Of a DNA stretch of 64,000 nucleotides, positions 57,643-64,000 are shown piece after piece. How positions within the stretch are numbered: the first letter of the stretch is position 1; every line of letters begins with the position of its first letter. The DNA comes from an uncultured Acidobacteriota bacterium (lineage in GTDB: Bacteria; Acidobacteriota; Thermoanaerobaculia; Multivoradales; SZUA-115): assembly GCA_963805975.1 (NCBI GenBank), contig CAWDVR010000002.1, positions 608,001 to 672,000 on the forward strand, read 5' to 3'. A program made the position numbers and the translations under genes. The notes under the pieces are model-generated. The model saw only the letters and a program-made list of their open reading frames with translations, did not search any database and had not been told where the DNA came from.

Positions 57643-58984
57643 ATGATCCAGCCAGCCGAGCTCGACACCGAGCGTCCCCACGGGCCGTGGTCCTGCCGCG
57701 GCTGTGATGTCTGGGACGTGCTCTGCGCCGCGCGGAGCGGCGATGCGGCGGCGATGCGCCGCCTGCTCGAGCGCGACCCGAACCTCTACCGTGCCGAGCA
57801 CTGGTACACGCAACCCATCCACTTCGCGGTGCGCGAGGGGCACGCGGAGGCGGTCCGGGTGCTGCTCGACGCGGGGGCGGACCCGCACTTCGTGGGCCTC
57901 CGAGGCGAGGACCTGATGACCACCGCCCGGGAGCGCGGCCACGAGCCGGTCGCGCACCTGATCGAGGAAGCTCGAGCGCATATGCGGCCGGTCGTACCGG
58001 CAGGCGTTCCGCCCGAGCCTGCGGCCGATCTGCCAATCCACCTCGCGGCGGCAGACGGCGACCTGGGTCGCGTGCGGGAGCTGCTCGACGCCGAGCCGGG
58101 GCTCCTGCACGCGGAGGGTCACGCGTGCGCCACGCCGCTCTCGCGGGCGGTCGCGGCGTCCGCAGGCGAGGTGGTGGCACTGCTCCTCGACCGCGGCGCC
58201 GACCCCAACTGGCCGGAAGGCTCCGATCGCGCCCCGCGGGAGGGCGCTCCACATCGCCGCCCGCGCCGGCGACCGGCCGCTGGTGGAGCTTCTTCTGGCT
58301 CATGGCGCGGACCCCAACGGCTGGATCGACTCCTCCGGCAGCGCCACCTACGCCGCTCGCACTCCCGGCCTGCGCGCTCTGCTCGTCGAGCACGGCGGCA
58401 CGCTCGACACCTACGACCTGGTCTGGCTGGGCGAGGACGACGAGGCGGTGCGCCGCGTGACCGCGGACCCGCGCTCGGCCGATGCCGGCTGCGGCGGCGC
58501 GCTCGCGGCGGCCTCGACGCTGGGCAAACGCGAGCTCCTGGTGCGCCTCCTCGCCGCCGGGGCGCGGGTGCCGCCGGTCCTGACCGCGTGCCGCTCGTAC
58601 CTGCTCGCCGACCCCGAGATGCTCCGCCTGCTGCTCGCGAGCGGCATGGACCCCGACCTGCCCAACTGGCTGCACGCGACGCCGCTGCACGACCTCTGCG
58701 GGCGCGACAGCCGGGGCCGGCCGCTGCCGCACCGCACGGAGTGCGCGACGATCCTGCTCGACGCCGGGGCCGCGATCTCCGCGCGGGACGAGGACTACCG
58801 CTCGACGCCGCTCGCCTGGGCGGCGCGGAGCGACCTGCCGGACATGGTCGAGCTGCTCCTCGCCCGCGGCGCCCCGACCGAGCTTCCGGACGACGAGCCG
58901 TGGGCCACCCCGCTCGCCTGGGCCACCCGGCGAGGGCATGCCCGCATCGCCGAGAGGCTGCGCGCAGCCGGCGCAACGGCGTGA
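57643..58984 (+). pseudogene. Ankyrin-repeat protein, frameshifted near 58240
   Basis: Ankyrin repeats (PIHFAVREGH, PIHLAA, TPLAWA) run across two frames joined at ~58240. Confidence 0.8.
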
Positions 58985-59002
58985 GCCGAGGAGGACGAAC
59001 CG

Positions 59003-59320
59003 ATGGTGCCGCAACTGCTCCGGGTCCTGGCCCCACTCCTGGTGATCTTGATCGTCCGCACCGATCGCCGGCTCATCCGCGCCGTCGAAGGCACTCGTCG
59101 CGATCAGCCGGCGCTGCTCCCGCCCCTCAACCGGCTCGCGAGATGGCGCCTCCAGCGTCTCCTGGCCGTGGGTGCGATCGTCCAGGCCTCAGAGGGCCGC
59201 TTCTTTCTCGAGCCGGATGGCTGGCAGCGGTATCGCGCTCGCCGGCGCAAAAGGGTGGCGATCGTCCTGGTCGCCTTGCTGCTCGTCGTTCTTGCCCTCT
59301 GGGCAGCAAGCCGCGGCTGA
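59003..59320 (+). CDS. Small membrane hypothetical protein
   Basis: GAGGAGG RBS; C-terminal basic stretch followed by a TM helix. Confidence 0.6.
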   Translation: MVPQLLRVLAPLLVILIVRTDRRLIRAVEGTRRDQPALLPPLNRLARWRLQRLLAVGAIVQASEGRFFLEPDGWQRYRARRRKRVAIVLVALLLVVLALWAASRG

Positions 59321-59342
59321 AGCGGCGCTTCCGTTGCGCCCT

Positions 59343-60038
59343 TCACACGCCGGGATAGCGGCCGAAGTAGATGAGGAGGAACGCCACGGTGTTCGAGACC
59401 CCGTGGGCGACGATGGGCACGGCCAGGTTTCTGCCGGTGCCCAGGTACAGCAGCCCCAGGAGCAGGCCGGCGAACGCCTCCTGCAGCATACCGGTCACCT
59501 CCTGGGCCTCGTGCCCCCAGCCGAAGAAGGCGCTGACCAGGACCAAGCTGAGCACCCAGGCCCCCCGCGTGCCCCGCCCGAGCCCGGCGACGCGGTTCAT
59601 GAGGTAGCCGCGGTACACCAGCTCCTCGCCGAAGGCCGCGAGCAGCCACATCGGCACCAGCAAGGCGAGCACCAGGCCGAGGTCTCCCACCAGCGGCCGG
59701 AAGTCGGAGAGATCCGGCGGCTGGCCGGTGAGCCGGGTCAGGAAGGGCACGCTGACGAAGGTCGAGAAGAGCTCCATGGCGATGCCGGCGAGGGCCCCCA
59801 GCGCAAGGGCTCGGGGCCAGCTAGGAGGCCGCGCGAACCCCACGTCCCGCCACCTTCGGCCGCAGAGGCGCAGCGAGATCCAGCCCAGGGCGAACAGAAA
59901 GGGCGTCTTGCTGAGCGGGACGAGGCCATAGAGGTCCGCGATCGCCAGCCCGACGACCAGGGCGAGCTCGATCCAGGCCAGAGACCTGTTCTCACTCCAG
60001 CGCAGGCCGCGGGACGAAATGCCTTCGGCGGTCGGCAA
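59343..60038 (-). CDS. CPBP/Abi (CAAX) intramembrane glutamic protease
   Basis: EELVYRG, FGWGH and AHGVSN; AAGGAG RBS before TTG 60038. Confidence 0.88.
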   Translation of the reverse strand: MPTAEGISSRGLRWSENRSLAWIELALVVGLAIADLYGLVPLSKTPFLFALGWISLRLCGRRWRDVGFARPPSWPRALALGALAGIAMELFSTFVSVPFLTRLTGQPPDLSDFRPLVGDLGLVLALLVPMWLLAAFGEELVYRGYLMNRVAGLGRGTRGAWVLSLVLVSAFFGWGHEAQEVTGMLQEAFAGLLLGLLYLGTGRNLAVPIVAHGVSNTVAFLLIYFGRYPGV

Positions 60039-60153
60039 AGGGGCTCCTTTCGTGGCGGCGGTCGGAGCCTGGGCGGCTCGCCTGCGTGAACAAACGCAGA
60101 ACCGTGGCGCAAGGTTCACCTGACAGGCACAGCACACGCCAATTCGAGATATG

Positions 60154-60181
60154 TTGACTCACCCTATTTTGCGGATAGAAT
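60154..60181 (+). promoter_or_regulatory. Putative sigma70 promoter for the Cys-rich peptide gene
   Basis: TTGACT-16 nt-TAGAAT in an AT-rich patch. Confidence 0.6.
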
Positions 60182-60312
60182 ACCCCTAACTACTGGCATC
60201 CGAAATGACGACGTTGACGATCGGTGGGTCCGCCGCGCTGCAACCACCGGCACGAACGTCGAGACTTCGAGCGCTCGACGACCGCGCCGCTATCCGTAGA
60301 AAGGAGATCGCC

Positions 60313-60765
60313 GTGAAACTGAGGAAAATGGTGCTCCGCCTCGGCATGGCCGCGCTTTCGGTTGCTGTCGCATCGACCCTTCTGACCGGCCCGGCCAGGG
60401 CCGAGGAGAGCCAGGCCGGCGAGAGCTCGAAGGTCGCAGCGCCTGCCGTGTCCCAGGCCCGTTGCGGTGTCTCCTCGTTGTTCGAGTCCCCCGGCCAAGC
60501 GGTGGGGGGCCCAGCGCTGGGAGGCCAAGCGCTGGTGAGTCTGGTCCCGGTGCCGTCCCAGAGCGAAGGAAGCCTCTTCGGCACGCCGGCGCCGGCGCCG
60601 GTCTGGCTGTCGTGCTCCGGCGACAACTGCGGCTGCTTTGACCCATCCTGCCCGGAGCAATGCGACGGGGAGCCCAACTACAACCAGTGCGTTTCGAGCT
60701 GCATGCATGGCCAGTCGCGCTGTGCGCTCTGTTGCTGCTGCGGGCCATGCCCACCCTATTGCTGA
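60313..60765 (+). CDS. Secreted Cys-rich peptide precursor
   Basis: AAGGAG RBS with GTG start, signal peptide (..PARA), spacer, then 14 Cys in the last 50 aa. Confidence 0.75.
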   Translation: MKLRKMVLRLGMAALSVAVASTLLTGPARAEESQAGESSKVAAPAVSQARCGVSSLFESPGQAVGGPALGGQALVSLVPVPSQSEGSLFGTPAPAPVWLSCSGDNCGCFDPSCPEQCDGEPNYNQCVSSCMHGQSRCALCCCCGPCPPYC

Positions 60766-60814
60766 TCATCCGGCCCTGAGGGCCTCGGGCCGAGAGCGCC
60801 CGGGCCGCCGGCGC

Positions 60815-63800
60815 CTACCTCGCATCCCCGCTGAGCTCGAAGGCGGCCCAGTGGAAGGGGTGGGCGGTGGCGCCGCCGGCCGCGAGCAGCGCCTGCTGGG
60901 CCTCGGCGAGCGCCTGATCGCGGGGCGCGCCGGCCGCCCAAGCCGTGTAGAAGCGGCGCATCAGCTCGGCGGTCGAGCGGTCGGACACCTGCCACAGCGA
61001 GGCCAGCACCGAGCGCGCACCGGCGTACTGGAAAGCGCGGGAGAGGCCGGTCAGACCCTCGCCCGCTCCGTCCCGCCCGAGCGCCGTCTCGCAGGCCGAA
61101 AGGGTGACCAGGTCGGTGTCGAGCCGCACCTGGTCGAACACCTCCCAGGCCTGGAGCAGGCCGTTGTCGCCCTCGGCGCCTTCTCTTGCGGAAGCGGCGA
61201 GGGCGACGCCCGAGTCGAGAGGTGAGGCGAGGTCCAGGAGCGCGTGGCTCGCGAAGTGAACGAAGCCGGTCCGGGCAGGCAGGTCCTTCACCCGCTCCTC
61301 GCGAGCCTCGGCGCCGGTCAAGACCGTGAGCCCACCGGCGAAGAGCGCCGCGAGGGCGCTCGCCTCCTCGCGCGGGCCGGCGAGCGGCGGCAGGCCGGCA
61401 CGGTAGCGCTCGAGGGCTGATCCTTGCGCCGTGGCCTTGCCTGGCGCGGGCGGGAAGGCGGGTGCCGCAAAGGCGAAGCTGGGGCCGCTCTGCCCCGCCT
61501 CGCGGCGTGACCGCCGGAGCTCCGCATGGAGCGTCGCCGAAAGCGAGAAGAGCAGAGGCTTCTCCTGTGCGAGATAGCGCACCGCTCCCGCCGGCCCACC
61601 GGGCAGGGCCAGCGCGGCGAAGGGCAGGTGATGCAACGGCCCGTCCGGGCTGAGGAGCAGCCGCTCTGCCCGGGCCACGGCCGGTGCCGCGGGGGCGAGC
61701 AGCAGGTCGTAGAGCCTTCGCGCCTGCGCCACGAGGGCCGCGGCCTCGCCCGGCTCCCGCTGCCCGAGGAGGACCAGGCTGCGGAAGATCGCCACCTCCT
61801 TGGCCAGGCGCTCGCGGCCGATGGGCAGGCGGTGGACGGCGAGACCCGCGGCGGATGGCGGCTCGTCTGCCGCAGACGAGACCACGAACAGGAAGCTCTC
61901 GTTCGGGCCCACGCTGTAGGCGAGCCACAGCGTGCCGGGATCGATCGCGCGGCGCAGCGCGGCCAGATCCGGCGCCACCGGATAGCGGAGAGCGGCGTAG
62001 CGCGGCGCGCTCGCCGCGAGGCGCTCCCGGAACACGGCTCGACGGCTGCGGAGCGCCGCCAGCTCCGCGAGCAGCGCCTCCCTCCGGGCGGCCGCGTGCA
62101 CGGCGTCGGTCTGCGCCAGCTCGCGCTGTGAGCGGTCGTAGGCGCGGTCCAAGTCGCGCTCCTGGGTCGCCAGCTCGGGGGCGAGGTGTGGTCTCCAGCC
62201 GAGCTCGCGCGCCACGAGCTGGGCGAGGAGCCCCCGGCCGCGGGAGCGCTCCAGCGCTTCGAGCGCCGCGGCCGGACGGCCGAGCGCCAGCTCCAGTGCG
62301 ACGAGGCGCTGGTAGAGCGGCGCGTACTCGACCTCGAAGCTGGCGCGCGCCTCGGCATCGCCGCCCAGGCGGCTCACCTGGCCTTCGAGCGCCTCGATGC
62401 CGGAGCGCTGGGCCTCGGCCGCCGACGCCAGCCTGCCGGTCCGTTCGAGGTGCGCTCCCAGCCCTCCCCAGGCTCTCGCGAGCTGGAAGGAGTCCGGTGC
62501 CAGGCGCGAGAGCAGCTCGATCGCCTCCCGGAGCGCGGCCTCGGCCGGGGCCTTGCGACCGGCGCGGCTCAGCAGCTCACCCCAGGTCTCGAGCCCGATC
62601 GCCAGGCGGAGCGAGCCCGGCACGGCCTTGCGCTTCCAGGAGAGAGCGCGCTCCATCCGGGCGATGGCGGTCGCCAGGTCGCCGCGCTCGGCTGCGATCT
62701 CCGCCAGGGTCTGGAGGCTCGCCGAGCTCTCCGGGGTCTCGTCCGGCGCCTCGGGAGAAGACGCCTTCGCGATCTCCAGCACGCGGCCGGCGAGGCTCTG
62801 TGCCTCCGCGAGCTGCTGGCGCCGGAAGAGGACCCAGGCGAGAGCGGACAGGCTCCGTGCCTCGGCAGTCGAGGCCGGGGCCAGCTTCTGGCGGATGGCG
62901 AGCGAGCGCCGCAGCAGGGTCTCGGCCTGCGGGTAGTCGGCACGGTCGCGCGCCACCTTGCCCAGGTTCTCGTAGATCTGCGCCACGGCCAGGCTCTCCG
63001 GCTCCTGGTTCGGGGGCGCCAGGGCCTCGAAGCGCGCCAGGGCTTCCAGCAGCAGCGCCTCGGCCGGCACCAAGTCGCCGCGGTCGAGGGCCACCAGCGC
63101 CAGGTTGACGAGGTTGCGGGCGCCGTTCTCGCCCGCGGGCTCGAGCGTCTCGTAGAGCGCCCTCGCCTCCGCGAAGTGCCGGCCGGCGGCTTCGAGGTCG
63201 CCCTGCTCCCGCGCCAGGAGGCCCAGGTTCGAGGCCACTCCCGCGAGCTCGCGGCTCTGGGGAAGGGCCTTGGCCATCAGGCTGCGGGCCCGCTCGTAGG
63301 ACTCCCGCGCCGCCGCGTAGTCCTGGCGGAGATAGGCGTCGATGCCGAGGTTGACCAGGGTCCAGGCGAGGTCGACGCTCTCCGGCGCCAGCCTTTCGAG
63401 CAGCGCGCGTGCCTCCCCCAGCGCCCGATCGGCGGCGGCCAGGTCTCCCCGCCGCTGCTCGAGCTGGCCGAGCCCGTGCCAGCTCGCCGCCTCCGCCAGG
63501 CTGCCTGGAGCCGCCTGCCGGCGTAGCTCCAGGCCCTGCGACAGGGCTTTCTCCGCTTCCTCGAACCGCTCCTGGGCGAGGAGGGTCATGCCCTGGCGGT
63601 GGCGCGCCAGGGCGAGCCACCGCGGTTCCCCGAGCTCGGCCAGGGCCGCCTCCGCCGCGGTGAAGGCCGCATCGGCGTCCGGCCAGCGGCGGTCCGAGTA
63701 GGCTTGGCGGGCCTGTCCGAGCGCGCGGCAGGCCCGCTCCGCGGGCGAGGGTCCGCTGCCCGGCGCCACCTCGACCCGCCAGTCTCCCGGCGGCAGCTCG

Positions 63801-64000
63801 ACGCGGATCTCTCTTTCCTCGCGCAGCAGGGAAAGCCGAACCGCGCCGCGTGGCGCCTGCTCGATCTCCACCTCGGCCAGATCCAGGCAGGAGCGGATGG
63901 GCCCGGAAGACGAGGGCCTGGAGAAGGAGAGCAAACGGTCGCCGGCCACGAGCCCGGCCCGTGCCGCGGCGCCACCGGGCGCGACAGTCACCACCTCGAC
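60815..64000 (-). CDS. PDZ-TPR-CHAT (caspase-like) domain protein, 5' end outside the window
   Basis: PDZ-like (AARAGL..GD), many TPRs, SPDGPLH.LPF, catalytic HFASHA and LSACET, SLWQV and HPFHWAAF. Confidence 0.92.
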   Translation of the reverse strand, partial: VEVVTVAPGGAAARAGLVAGDRLLSFSRPSSSGPIRSCLDLAEVEIEQAPRGAVRLSLLREEREIRVELPPGDWRVEVAPGSGPSPAERACRALGQARQAYSDRRWPDADAAFTAAEAALAELGEPRWLALARHRQGMTLLAQERFEEAEKALSQGLELRRQAAPGSLAEAASWHGLGQLEQRRGDLAAADRALGEARALLERLAPESVDLAWTLVNLGIDAYLRQDYAAARESYERARSLMAKALPQSRELAGVASNLGLLAREQGDLEAAGRHFAEARALYETLEPAGENGARNLVNLALVALDRGDLVPAEALLLEALARFEALAPPNQEPESLAVAQIYENLGKVARDRADYPQAETLLRRSLAIRQKLAPASTAEARSLSALAWVLFRRQQLAEAQSLAGRVLEIAKASSPEAPDETPESSASLQTLAEIAAERGDLATAIARMERALSWKRKAVPGSLRLAIGLETWGELLSRAGRKAPAEAALREAIELLSRLAPDSFQLARAWGGLGAHLERTGRLASAAEAQRSGIEALEGQVSRLGGDAEARASFEVEYAPLYQRLVALELALGRPAAALEALERSRGRGLLAQLVARELGWRPHLAPELATQERDLDRAYDRSQRELAQTDAVHAAARREALLAELAALRSRRAVFRERLAASAPRYAALRYPVAPDLAALRRAIDPGTLWLAYSVGPNESFLFVVSSAADEPPSAAGLAVHRLPIGRERLAKEVAIFRSLVLLGQREPGEAAALVAQARRLYDLLLAPAAPAVARAERLLLSPDGPLHHLPFAALALPGGPAGAVRYLAQEKPLLFSLSATLHAELRRSRREAGQSGPSFAFAAPAFPPAPGKATAQGSALERYRAGLPPLAGPREEASALAALFAGGLTVLTGAEAREERVKDLPARTGFVHFASHALLDLASPLDSGVALAASAREGAEGDNGLLQAWEVFDQVRLDTDLVTLSACETALGRDGAGEGLTGLSRAFQYAGARSVLASLWQVSDRSTAELMRRFYTAWAAGAPRDQALAEAQQALLAAGGATAHPFHWAAFELSGDAR

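Overview
A very GC-rich bacterial window. Its gene families (TPR-CHAT protein, a repeated 'TGYFWFFNPxNVE' surface domain, a 'GIGYDAALVSLDLA' TPR protein) suggest Acidobacteriota, class Thermoanaerobaculia; this is inference. Most of the window is housekeeping and envelope genes: peptidases of families S8, S10, M29, S1 and S41, uvrA, corA, a DinG/XPD helicase, an ECF sigma operon and a LuxE/LuxC-like pair. It also carries three families of REP-like palindromes and five toxin-antitoxin loci, two of them decayed. The standout is a visibly less GC-rich island upstream of uvrA (~37.9-41.6 kb). It holds an apparently complete retron: a HEPN gene, a winged-HTH gene, a ~180-nt msr-msd ncRNA that can be read directly from the sequence (17-bp a1/a2 inverted repeat, msr hairpin, 14-bp msd stem) and a YADD reverse transcriptase. 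The 3' arm of the ncRNA overlaps the first RT codons. Other leads are a secreted-peptide + TPR receptor-like pair, a 14-Cys secreted peptide converging on a CHAT protease, a candidate anti-SD sRNA and a hydrolase-subtilase fusion. Three genes are frameshifted, probably by sequencing error. No rRNA, tRNA or CRISPR array was seen. All calls come from motif recognition by eye; no database searches were run.
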